DNA from: Sarea resinae
Lineage: Eukaryota
Direction: 5' to 3'
Length of the DNA stretch: 31,532 nt
Assembly (NCBI GenBank): GCA_026026165.1
Contig: JAPEUD010000087.1
Coordinates: 62,001 to 93,532 of the forward strand
Below the pieces are notes generated by a model. That model was not told the origin of the DNA and ran no database searches. It worked only from the letters and a program-made list of their open reading frames with translations. The translations under genes were made by a program, and so were the position numbers. Below are positions 11,301 through 24,753 of the stretch, in pieces. The stretch's first letter is position 1. Each line of letters begins with the position of its first letter.

Positions 11301-13160
11301 TACTTTTCAAGCGGGTTGAGAAAGTCAGCGCTAGCAACGCTTCCATGATTGAGTCTCAAAAGCGGGCCCTAGCGCAAGCAAGAGACGCGGAACAGAAGGC
11401 AAAACTAGCAGAAGCAGAGGCAATGCGCAATGTTCGATTGAAAGAAGAGGCCGCGAAAGCAAAGTCTATGTTTCTCGCTAATGTTTCTCATGAATTGAGG
11501 ACCCCGTTGAACGGCGTTATTGGTATGTCCGAATTACTGAAGGGAACCGATTTGAACATGGAGCAAGCAGGAGTAAGCGTTCTCCCTTCAGCATAGATTT
11601 TGCCCACGCTAATGGCCGTATAGTACGCCGATTCGATCAGGGTTTGTGCGGATACACTTCTAACTGTTATCAACGATATCCTAGACTTTTCTAAGGTAAT
11701 ACTATAGCACTCCCCATTTGTTCAGTAAGTCCATAGCTAAAGTGGTCGTTTCTTGCAATAGCTTGAAGCAGGGAAAATGGCTGTGATGAACATCCCATTG
11801 AGCCTTGACGAGACCATCAAGGAGGTGGTCAGAGCGTTAAGCTATGCCAACCTCGAACGAGGATTGAAGACATACGAAAAGCTCGATCTAGACCCAGAAC
11901 TTCTAGTAATGGGGGACCCCGTTCGACTACATCAGATCTTCATGAATCTGTTGAGCAACGCATACAAGTTCACCCCCAAGGGTTCCGTCACTATCAGAGC
12001 AACTACCGACTACGAAACTGCGGACAGCATCACAGTCACATGTTCCATTGCAGACACGGGCATCGGCATCACTCAAGAACAGCTCACGCGACTATTCTTG
12101 CCATTCTCTCAAGCTGACAGCAGTACGGCGAGAAGCTACGGTGGTTCAGGGCTGGGCTTGAGCATTTGCAAAGCAATCATCGAGAACGTCCTAGGAGGAA
12201 AGATATGGCTTTTAAGCGAGTCTGGGAAAGGCACCACAGTATCCTTCACCATCACTTTTCCCAAAGCTCCCAAAGACTCGACGACGGGGCAGGAGGGTCC
12301 ACCTAGAGATCCTGATCCCATGTCAATATATTCGCCGCCCGCCGAAGAGAAGACTTCTCCAATATTACAGGCCCCCCTTATCGATCTTCGAGGCATACCG
12401 CGCGATCAATTGCGAATATGTATAGCAGAGGACAATCCCATCAACCAGAAAATTGCGATATCCTTCGTCAAGAAGTTGGGCTTCAAGTGCGATGCATATA
12501 GCGATGGGCAACAAGCCGTGGAGGCCCTGAGGAAAAGAGCTGCCGAAGGTCCCGATCATGCCTACCATCTAGTACTCATGGATGTGCAGATGCCAACCTT
12601 AGACGGTTACGAGGCAACGAAGCTCATCCGAAAAGATGAGAATCCTGCTGTGCGGCGCGTACTGTAAGTACATCTGTTCCTGTATCTCTCTAATTGCATT
12701 CTTGCTGACATGCTTTAGGGTGATTGCAATGTAAGCTCAACCGGGTCGTAGAACTCGTCTTTTGGGGGTACAAGCTAATTTGTTGTCTAGGACTGCTTCC
12801 GCTATTCGCGGAGATCGAGAGAAGTGCATAGAATCTGGAATGAACAACTATCTTGCCAAACCTGTTCGAGCACAAGTCCTCAAGGACATGATTGAAAGCT
12901 ATCTTCGCCAAGATCGCAAGCACATACCCAACATCCAAGAAGCCGCGAACGACCTTGCCAAGTCCGTAGTTAAAGATGTGGATCACGAAACAGATCAGAG
13001 GTTGGTCGGCGATACTGCAGATTCACCTGGCACAGAGAACGAGTCGAGCTCAACTGGAGCCAATGATCCAAGATCAGCACTCACCGGGGAACGAATGCGC
13101 CTGTCGAAAGACCTTCCTGGACGGCCACGAGACAAGAATCGAAAGGAACCACTGGGGTAA
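5394..13160 (+). CDS. Group X fungal hybrid histidine kinase (Candida Chk1 / S. pombe Mak2-Mak3-like architecture: S/T-kinase-like + AAA/STAND ATPase + GAF + HisKA + HATPase_c + receiver), ~2390 aa, 11 exons
   Basis: Exons 5394-5510, 5574-9093, 9146-9586, 9661-10764, 10818-11078, 11138-11214, 11276-11572, 11624-11695, 11762-12663, 12719-12730 and 12791-13160 (7173 nt). Kinase-like motifs: [25 protein letters not shown]. ATPase motifs: Walker A GSAGLGKS and Walker [29 protein letters not shown]. His-kinase boxes: [27 protein letters not shown]1 DTGIGI, G2 GGSGLGLSI. Receiver: [20 protein letters not shown]. The start codon is inferred from aagATGg and the 5511-5573 intron. Confidence 0.95.
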
Positions 13161-13846
13161 CGCAAAGGGCCGTCCACCATCCATCTGCCTCAAGTCATAT
13201 CTCGAAAGATCGTTGCAATGTTCAATCTGACTTGGCAGCATGCGAGCCGTATTTTCCTTTTCTTCTCTCTCTTGATTCAAGTCTTTTTTACTTTTTTTTT
13301 TCCATTTCTCATCTCCGGGAGTTCATCTGCATTATCGGAGTTCATGTTCACGCCGACGAAACGATCTGGACCGCTGATATCGATGTCATTTCTTTGGGTG
13401 CAATGATGGGCGTGGGCGTGGGTGTGGGCGTGCGTAGGGGCGTGTGTCTCAGCAGGAGCGGGTGCGCGGTATTTGACGTCTGACCGATTGGTGTTTACTT
13501 GTTCCTTTTTCACTCTTCTATTGTCTCTTTTGACGAGGAGACTCGAGACCTCGACTGCTCGTCGGGGTCTTCTTTTTCTTCTACTGTAGCTAGTTCTGGG
13601 AGAGATGTCCGTGAAGGCGAAGGTACGGAAGTAGGGCAATACCAATGAGCAGCCGGGCTTATCAGATGATCAGTAATAGGGCGGGGTAGAGTGGCTCCAG
13701 CTCTACCTTGGGGGGGCGCCGTCGCTTACTACTACGGTACGCTTGCTGATCTATGCTGACGCTGGCTTACCCTTCAGGTGGGCGACCTTACCTTTTAGGA
13801 ACGTTGCACCACCAATTCATGCATGTCATTCGTAGCAAATGTACTA

Positions 13847-13880
13847 GAGTATGAGTATGAGTATGAGTAGAGTAGAGTAT
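13847..13880. repeat. Imperfect (GAGTAT)/(GAGTA) tandem repeat upstream of the cytochrome b561 gene
   Basis: gagtat gagtat gagtat gagta gagta gagtat. Confidence 0.85.
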
Positions 13881-14075
13881 GATCGTATCGATGGCAAGCA
13901 AAGGTAAGACGAAAACGCAATCCGTGCCCCAGCAGCATTCCCCCTCCCCCACCCCTCCCCCCCTTCTTGTTGACTTCCAGCTTCCCTTCTGACCTGCTTC
14001 ATCCCCCGACTATCTTCCATGAAGACCTCAGCCGTCAACAAGAAGTCGGCCTCTTCGACCCGCAATCGAAAACCC

Positions 14076-15046
14076 ATGGCGTCCGCAACAGGCATTCCCG
14101 GTGAGAACCCAGCTCTGTCACCTCGCGAAGATGAGCAGGAGCCTTTGCTTGGAGAGCCTGGCGATGCTTCTCAGCGAGAAGGGAAGGCAATTCCCTACAA
14201 TCTGGTGATTGGTGAGTCGTTCCAGACTCGATCACTTGCTAGACGAATGTTGTCCCCTGACATGATGAAGGCACCGCCGTGATCGCTCAAGCTGGTATTT
14301 GGATTGTAAGAGACCACAATGAGGCAGAGCCATGGATGCTGACTTCTGAAGCTTGCTGCTATTGTCTGGGCGAGCGTATTCACTTCCAAATTGATGCTCT
14401 TCTCCGCGCATCCGGTATGTCGAGCTCTCGTTCCACGCGTAGACGTCCTCGGGATCAAGGCTAATCCTCATCCTCCAGCTACTAAATTCGGTCCGTAGAG
14501 TCTCTAATTCCTTTCCAGACGGCACCCATCCTCTACCACGTGCGACTAACAAGCCTCCAGGCTGGAATTGTTCTTGCGACACAAGGGGCTTTAATCCTTC
14601 AGCCAACCCATACGTCAACCCAGAAACGTCAAGGCACGAATGTCCACGCAGTTTTGAACGGCGTTGGCCTCGCCGCCCTCATCGCAGGTCTTGTGGTGAT
14701 CGAGGTAAACAAAATAGGGCACGGCGGCACCCATTTTGTATCTCCGCACGCCATACTTGGACTCGTTACCTATATCTTCCTCGTTGTCCAGACGCTAGTC
14801 GGCTTCACGCAGTACTATACACCCAGCCTGTATGGAGGCGTCAACAACGCCAAAAAGCTCTACAAATACCACCGCGCTTCTGGATACGTAGTTCTCACGT
14901 TAGCACTGGCGACGGTTGCCGCTGCCACTCAAACGGATTTCAACAAGACTACGCTACATATCAGGCTGTGGTCAGTGCTGGTCACCACGGTTCTGGTTCT
15001 TGTTGGAGTTGTGCCACGGATCAAGAAGCAAAAGTTTGGGTTTTAG
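14076..15046 (+). CDS. Cytochrome b561 domain membrane protein (transmembrane di-heme reductase family), ~243 aa, 5 exons
   Basis: Exons 14076-14211, 14271-14305, 14352-14414, 14479-14490 and 14561-15046 (732 nt). Four candidate heme-ligand histidines sit in TM context: FSAHPLLNS, NVHAVLN, SPHAILG and KYHRASG. An alternative in-frame ATG exists at 14019. Confidence 0.88.
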
Positions 15047-15403
15047 AGGGCAAGGACGATCGACGGCTATCGCTCGTGGAACGACGAGAGACGCCTAGGA
15101 GAGGAATCTGCATTGTACAGAACTGCCTAGAGCAAGGCCAAAAGTAGTAGCTAGTTCCAAGGTTCGGCGTTCCTCGAGAGCGGGTCCTGCCAGATACGGT
15201 AATGACAACAGCGCCTTCACATTCAAATGATGGAAACAGACCGAATCGTGATTGTAAACATCAGAACGCGGTCATTGCCTCTGTAGATACACCTGATACG
15301 ATCCGCCCACTTGATAACAAGAACACTCATCTCTTGAGTTTGTGGATTCTCCAAGTCCTCAATCTCGGGCGATGATCAACATCGCCTATTTCGATTGACA
15401 GCC

Positions 15404-18136
15404 ATGCCTCGGCTGCCATCGATGGCCCGTGCGAGAGCACGAGGCGGATTAGGGGCCCTGCGGCGGGCCGCATCAAGCTGCATCCACTTTACCACGGATC
15501 GCGTCAATCGCTGGTTGTCGAAGAGGAGAAGCATGCCGGATGGGGAGGCTCAACAATCGAGCGTCACACCAGGGGCGCATAGCCCGGAGACACCGGCGCA
15601 AAGCTCGTCGGCTGCGATAGAGGAGCGCAAAGAAGTGCAGGAGCACAAAGAACTTCCCGAGCACGGAGAAGGTCAAGAGCGCGATGAACCTTTCCACGGC
15701 ATCACCACGTCGATTCCAAACGGCAGCTTTGGAGATTTGTCTCTTCCGGGACAAGTGGACTTCTCGAAACGGGGAAGCATGTTGATTGGGGGTCAGAAGG
15801 CACGGTCTCCGGCGAATACGCTGGATGCGCTGAACGTCGATGGGAAAGCTGAGCAAGTCAATGGCATCATTCCAAGGAAGCAGAACAGGGAAACACCGGC
15901 GCGTTCGAACATTCCACCCGAGAGAGTCCTCTCTATTGATGAGGAGCTGCTCTCGCAGAAAGTACGGTCCATGTACGAATATGGCGAGGACAAGGTAATG
16001 GATTGGAGAGATGGACGGTTATCAGGTGTTGCGCGCAGCAAGGTTCAGGACGACAAGCCTTTCAAGGGCGCGACTAAACCGCAAGATATAACGGTCAATG
16101 GAGATGGTGAATTCTCTGCCTCCGGCGCGGGAACAGCGGGTGACGAGACAGAGGATGTCCTAGAAAAACCGCCGCCGAAGAAAGAGATCCCTATACTTGC
16201 CGGTGGTGGCATAGAAGACTGGAGCGAAGTCGATGCTAGAGATGTCGACCGCTACGGCTTCATCGTACCCCGAAAAATACCATCACGATCTTCAAACACC
16301 AGCGTCCGAGCCCGTACAGCAGACAATCATCCAGGAGGGCCCCATCGTGTCTCGACAGCTCTACAATTAGCATCCGAGACCCCTCGCCGAAAACGCACAT
16401 TGCGTGGCATTCCCTCTGATGCGCGAACAACTCTCTCCGCCTTTCACCATCAATCTCCTTTATCTCGAAAAACATCAGGCCCGTCACTTCGGCCGCCGCG
16501 CTCAGTGAGCTCTTTCAGGAGCAGTTTTTCATTACCACACAGACCATTTCATTACGCTGCCAATCGTCTACCGTATAATCGAGATAGACGTTGTATGGAT
16601 GAAGCAGGCGATATGCTGACGCTGCCACCTGGATTGGCGGATATAGCAGAACATGAGGAAGGGGGGAGGGCAGCCGCTGCGATGCGGGCTAAAGAGTTCG
16701 AGCGAGAGGAGAAATGGAGAAAGATGGCGCGGATCGTATCTGGAAGAAACACAAATGGTGAGGGAATGGTGTTTGACTTTGATACAGAAGATCCAAAGGT
16801 AGGCCAAGAAGATCTTCCTATTCACAACATTCCGAATCTTTCCACATCAATGCGGACGTTCATTTTGTATTCCTATCCTGACTTAGTTTTCCACAGCTCA
16901 TAGAACGAGTCTGGAAAGGCATCCCAGACCGTTGGCGCGCCACTGCCTGGCACGCGTTCCTCTCCCAGAGCGCAAAAAGGCGTAATATAGGCTCCCCAGA
17001 TTCAGAAATCATCTCTATATATCATGAGCTCCTCACACAATCTTCTGCCGATGATCCTCAAATCGACATCGACGTTCCGCGAACCATCAACAGACACATT
17101 ATGTTTCGGCGTCGCTACATGGGTGGCCAGAGATTGCTCTTTCGCACACTGCATGCCTTGTCCTTGTATTTTCCTACGACCGGATATGTTCAGGGTATGG
17201 CTTCTCTGGCGGCGACTTTACTTTGCTATTATGCCGAAGAAATTACCTTTGTGATGTTGGTGCGATTGTTCCAGCTCAGAGGACTTGAGACGCTGTTTCA
17301 GCCGGAATTTGGAGGCCTGATGGCTGCGTTGGATGAGTTGGAGACTAAGTGGTTGATAAAGGAGGATGTGAGCAAGAAACTGGTACGTTCGTGCTGTTAA
17401 TTGCTTTGCATTCCTTGAGCGTGCATCTCCTAATATGGTTTGCTGACTTGTACGGAACTCGTAGAACGAGCTCGACATCTCGCCTACAGCCTACGGAACG
17501 CGGTGGTACCTCACGCTCTTCTCGTACTCAATTCCGTTTCCCGCCCAGTTGAGGGTATGGGACGTATTCATGCTTCTCGGCGACCCCGTAATTTCTTCAC
17601 CTAAGCCATCATATTCTTCGCTTCAAAGCGACTCCCCCGGGAACCAAATGCAAAATCACAATCGTACCTCACAGATCCAAAACCAAGTCCGCGCCTCACA
17701 GACCTCACCAACCACTTTGCACTCAACGTCAAGCACGACCACCATCCAGCCACAGCCAGAAGAAATCCCTCCCAATTTCGCCGGCACGCTGGACCCCCTG
17801 CATGCCGTTTCAGCCGCCATCCTCCAAGCCACCCGCGAGATTCTATTAGACTCGGATTTCGAGAATGCCATGAAAGTGCTGACGTCCTTTGTTCCTATCA
17901 GGGACGAGGAATTGCTCATGAGGGTTGCCCGAGTGGAGTGGTATAGGCATAGACCGAGGCTCGGGTGGGGAGGCAGACTTGCGTCTGGAGCTTCTGCCTT
18001 TTCCGGCTTCTCTGGGATATCCGGCATCTCTAGTGCTTCTGGGACTTCCGGTGGCACATCTGGTCATAGTACTCCTGTGAATCCTACGTCTACAGGAATG
18101 GCGGACAAGTTGAGGCGGGTGGGAATGCGGAGATGA
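15404..18136 (+). CDS. TBC-domain Rab GTPase-activating protein, ~850 aa, 3 exons
   Basis: Exons 15404-16798, 16897-17382 and 17465-18136 (2553 nt). TBC signatures: WKGIPDRWR, arginine finger IDIDVPRT (IxxDxxR), glutamine finger GYVQG (YxQ), and WYLTLF...LRVWD. The N-terminus is long and low-complexity. The start codon is uncertain (gccATG at 15404; later in-frame ATGs exist). Confidence 0.9.
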
Positions 18137-18524
18137 TGAGCATCAGCGCGGCCTGCGGTCTAATGAAATGATGGGAAGAGATCTATGGAGTGGCATAGAG
18201 GGTTTGGAATGGAAATGGCAGGACAGTATTACACGGGTCGTTCGGCCGTTCACCATGGTATGCCGCCACAAGCCTGACCAGGCTCGCATTGGTCTTGCGT
18301 CAGGTTCGTTGAGCGCATTCAACCGAGTGCATTTGACTGCGCTAATTGCACTGATTGAAGTAGCATCATTTTCCTTTAGAGCGTCTCTGGTTCTTCTGTT
18401 TTGTTGGGAAACATCCGTGTCATGTCTGTGACTGACGGTTTGACTCCCTTGTTCTTCTTTTTCCCAAAAGTATTCACTATACCCCCCTTTGTTTAATTAT
18501 CGATCAGTTGAGGTGCCTCCGAGC

Positions 18525-18548
18525 CTTGACTCTTGACTCTTGACTCTT
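18525..18548. repeat. (CTTGACT)x3 heptamer tandem repeat
   Basis: cttgact cttgact cttgact ctt, in the TBC-OPT intergenic region. Confidence 0.85.
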
Positions 18549-19192
18549 CCAGTAATTTATAATTGACCGTTGGTCTGCCGAGCTGAAAGTAATCATCAAT
18601 GCATACATGTTCACGAGCAAGCCCAATGAGAAGAAGAATAAGAACAAGGCCGTGTCAAGTGGTGATGTCTCCTTTCTCCGACGGATGAGTGGGGGTCCGG
18701 ATAGCCGATCGACGCTATCTTATCTGATTTGAATGCTACCCCATCTCGTCATATCGCGTACCTCTTGAGATAATCTCGAGAAGAACTGAAAGTCGTCGAA
18801 TAATAGTGGAAAAGAGAATAATATGAGAGATCCTTTCAGATTGCTAGATAGTAGTCTCCCAAGAGAGGTTCTATCGCAGTTGGACTTTGATATGACAACT
18901 CCTTTTCTTGACTTCTCGAGCATGTGTGATTGACGTGGGCGATTGATCAACACTATCATTTATCGGCGATGGCGCAATCGCACGTCCATGCTCCCCCGGC
19001 CGGAATACATCATCGCATCAACTTCAGTCAACCACCAACCTCGTTGTCTCAGATGTCGAACCTGTGACCATCGCCACCCTTTGAACGGTGAAGCACTGCC
19101 TCAGAGAGACAATGCGGTGATTGACACACCTGCAAATACACACCAACATCCTCTCCGCCCTCCTGTCAACACCTTGCGCCTTCTCCATCGCC

Positions 19193-21893
19193 ATGGCGCC
19201 CGATAGAGGTGCCTCGTCTTCCTTGGCGGCTGCACCAACTGAGCGCTTGCCTCTCAAAGACGCGTCCCATGACACGGACAATGAACAGGATATCGCCAAA
19301 GACGCCAATACGGGCTTCATAGAAGATGAAGAGGATCGCATCCGGCAAGCGCATCGGCGCCGAAGCCAGAATCGAGAGCTCCTCATGGAACGCGCCGAGG
19401 AGGGGCAGAACTTCACCTGGCGCGGAATCCTCGTCGGACTCCTTATCGGGGTCTTGATCTGCTTTTCCAACATGTATTTTGGTTTGCAGACGGGATGGGT
19501 CAGTTCGATGGCGATGCCTTCGGCCCTAATCGGCTTTGCCTTCTTCAAGACCGTCGCGAGATACATCGATTATCCGTTTACGCCCGTCGAGAATGTCTTG
19601 GTGCAGACGGTTGCTGGATCGTTGGGGACAATGCCGCTGGGATGCGGATTTGTCGGCGTTATACCGGCTCTGAATTTCCTCTTGAAGCCAGAAGAGAATG
19701 GGCCCTTGAATCTAAGTATGGGCAAGCTCATGATCTGGTCGATAGGAGTCTGTTTCTTCGGAGTCGTCTTCGCCGTGCCTCTACGTCGGCAGGTCATCAT
19801 TCGAGAGAAACTAAAGTTCCCGAGCGGAACCGCTACGGCTCTCATGATTGGAGTATTACATGGGGATAAAGAAGGGGCCGGGGTGATCAGGCAGGATAGT
19901 TCGGTAGAGGTCTTGACGGCCGATCGAATCTCTGATCGTGATACGGCATCATCTCTATCGCTCGGCAGCGCTGCGAGCCAGCCCCAAGCCCCTGATGTAT
20001 ATCCCGAGCCCGGGGAAGCAAGTGAGTTCGGCTTCGGATTAGATGCTAAAAGTGACTGGAAAGCCAAAATTCGGCTTTTGGTCATGTCGTTCGCCATTTC
20101 TGCAGTATACGTAAGGCTCTTATCTGACTTTATAGAAAAAGACCGATGACTGATGCCATTTAGATCTTGGTGACTTATTTCGTCCCCCAGCTTCGACGTA
20201 TACCGATCTTTGGCTTGCCGCTTGCGCATCAATGGCTTTGGACGCTGGACCCTTCGCCGGCATACATTGGCCAAGGGTTGATCATGGGCCCAGCTACTAC
20301 GCTTCACATGTTGCTCGGCGCAATCGTGGGATGGGGCATGCTTTCTCCCTTGGCCAAGCACAAGGGATGGGCTCCTGGACCAGTCAGCGACTGGGCGACT
20401 GGGAGCAAAGGATGGATCGTCTGGGTCAGCCTGGCAATCATGCTCGCCGACTCAGTCATCAGCCTCGGCTGGCTAGCCGCGAAACCTCTGCTCTCTTACG
20501 CTCGGCCAATGCTGGATGTGATTCGCAAGAGGGCTCCTGGTGGCAAGTTCGGAGACTTTCTCAAACCCGTGCAGTCCAAATTCGGATACACCGCCCTGCG
20601 GGACTCTGAACCTATCTCTGCCTCAGAAGCCGATCCATCTCACACAGATCCTCAATCCCCTACCACGATGGAGGTCTTCCAGTTCGAAGCGTCGGCCGAT
20701 GACCATGACGCCCCAGAGGTCGACGCGCCACGCCAGCACCTCATCAGCAACCGCACCGTCGGAATCGGCCTGATAGCATCCCTCCTAGTGTGCATCGTGG
20801 CCGTGCGTCTCACCTTCGGCGATCTGGTGCCGCTCTACGCGACCGTGGCATCGCTCTTCCTGGCGCTACTGCTCTCGATCATGGGCGTGCGCGCTCTCGG
20901 CGAGACGGACCTGAACCCGGTCTCGGGCATCTCGAAGCTGTCCCAACTCTTCTTCGCGCTGATCATCCCGCAATCGAACCCGAACGCCGTCATCATCAAC
21001 CTGGTGGCGGGCGCCATCTCCGAGTCGGGCGCGCTGCAGGCCGGCGACCTGATGCAGGACCTCAAGACGGGCCACCTGCTGGGCGCGGCCCCCAGCGCGC
21101 AATTCTACGGCCAGATCATCGGCAGCTTCGTCGGCGCCGTCGTCAGCGCCGCCGTCTACAAGCTCTACGTCAACGTCTACCACGTGCCCGGCGGCCTGTT
21201 CCAGGTGCCCACGGGCTACGTGTGGATCTTCACCGCCCGCCTCGTCACCGGCAAGGGCCTGCCGGAGATGGCGTGGCAGTGGGCGTTGGGCGCGGGCGTC
21301 ATTTTTGCCGTGGCCACGACGGCCCGGATCGCCGGGCGCGGGAAGCCGTGGCAGAGCTGGATCCCCGGCGGCATCGCCGTTGCTGTTGGTGAGTCTCTTT
21401 TCTTTCTTATGAATCGTTCCCACTGTGATCTTCGGCGCCCATTCCCCTCTTCCATACCGGCCCCCTCTTCTTCTTCTCTCTCTCGCACAGAGAGCCCACA
21501 GCGTCCACGCGGGACAGCTCCACAAGATCAAGAGAACCCCACTTTCCTCACTCCTTTCTTCCTTCCTTGCTTCACACACACATTGCCCTCCCTAACTCTT
21601 CCCATCCGCTCCCCTCCCCTCTCCTAACCCCCAAACACTCCTCCCCCCCATCCTTCATCCCCAAATCCCCCATCTCCCACAAAGACTAAACCCCAACACA
21701 AACAGGCATGTACAACACGCCCTCCTTCACGCTCGCCCGCACCATGGGCGGCCTGCTGAACTGGTACTGGCGCCGCCATCGCGGCCGCGAAGAGACGCCC
21801 GTCATCGTGCTCGCCAGCGGCTTGATCCTCGGCGAGGGCCTCGTGAGTATCGTCAACTTGGGCTTGGCCAGCGCGGGGGTGCCGCATCTGTAG
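19193..21893 (+). CDS. OPT superfamily oligopeptide/metal-chelate transporter (YSL-like branch), ~776 aa, 3 exons
   Basis: Exons 19193-20110, 20164-21388 and 21706-21893 (2331 nt). Motifs: NMYFGLQTGW, FTPVENVLVQT, LKFPSGTATA, GETDLNPVSGISK, GDLMQDLKTGHLLGA and ASGLILGEG. Confidence 0.93.
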
Positions 21894-22051
21894 ATTTTTC
21901 TTTTTGTTTTGGGGGGGCGGGGGGGTTTTCCTTTCTGGGCGGATTGGGGAAGACGGATGGGGGATGGGGGGATAAGGGGATGAAAGGGTAGATATAAATG
22001 ACTCTTTTTTGTCTTGGATGAAGGATGCTGGAATTGGAAATGTTTGGGTGG

Positions 22052-22059
22052 CATCATCG

Positions 22060-22127
<68 letters not shown>
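22052..22127. repeat. (CAT)n trinucleotide microsatellite
   Basis: CATCATCGT followed by 22 perfect CAT units (22061-22126), located between the convergent OPT and PRMT3 stop codons. Confidence 0.97.
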
Positions 22128-22286
22128 GGTGCCATCCCATGTAGGCTATAGAAACGAAATGGCAGTTTGTCGATCATTTATAGTCTAAACTATCCCATCT
22201 ATCTATCGACGCCCTTACCGGCGTGCTCTCATTCCACCTTCCTTTCCGGAACCGCCGAGGAAAGGAAAGGAAGGGAAAGGAAACAC

Positions 22287-24595
<2,309 letters not shown>

Positions 24596-24684
24596 ATTGG
24601 GCGATTTGAAGGTTTTGGAAATTGTTCAATTTCGCATGCGCAGATTCAGTGTTGGTGGGGTGTTTGTCGAAAGTTGACAGGTTT

Positions 24685-24753
24685 CTTATCGGCACGTGGT
24701 GATTAGATAAGGTAGATCTGTTCCAGATGCACAGAGTAGGGCACGCAGATAAG
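24685..24753 (-). promoter_or_regulatory. Cluster of GATAAG/CTTATC motifs plus a CACGTG E-box in the PRMT3 promoter
   Basis: CTTATC at 24685-24690, CACGTG at 24693-24698, and GATAAG at 24706-24711 and 24748-24753, all 90-160 bp upstream of the PRMT3 ATG. Confidence 0.4.

Noticed and set aside
5394..13160. Recent horizontal transfer of the bacterial-like kinase
   Set aside because: It has ten spliceosomal introns and a composition like its neighbours, and group X kinases are an established fungal class.
20790..21579. Long overlapping ORFs (200 aa on +, 237 aa on -) inside OPT
   Set aside because: By-products of extreme GC3, which removes stop codons in alternative frames.
21389..21705. Possible intronic snoRNA or telomeric seed in the long OPT intron
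   Set aside because: No convincing C/D or H/ACA box arrangement, and only a single CTAACCC word.
21686..22177. Minus-strand ORF with a poly-Met run
   Set aside because: It is simply the (CAT)n microsatellite read as ATG, with no other coding evidence.
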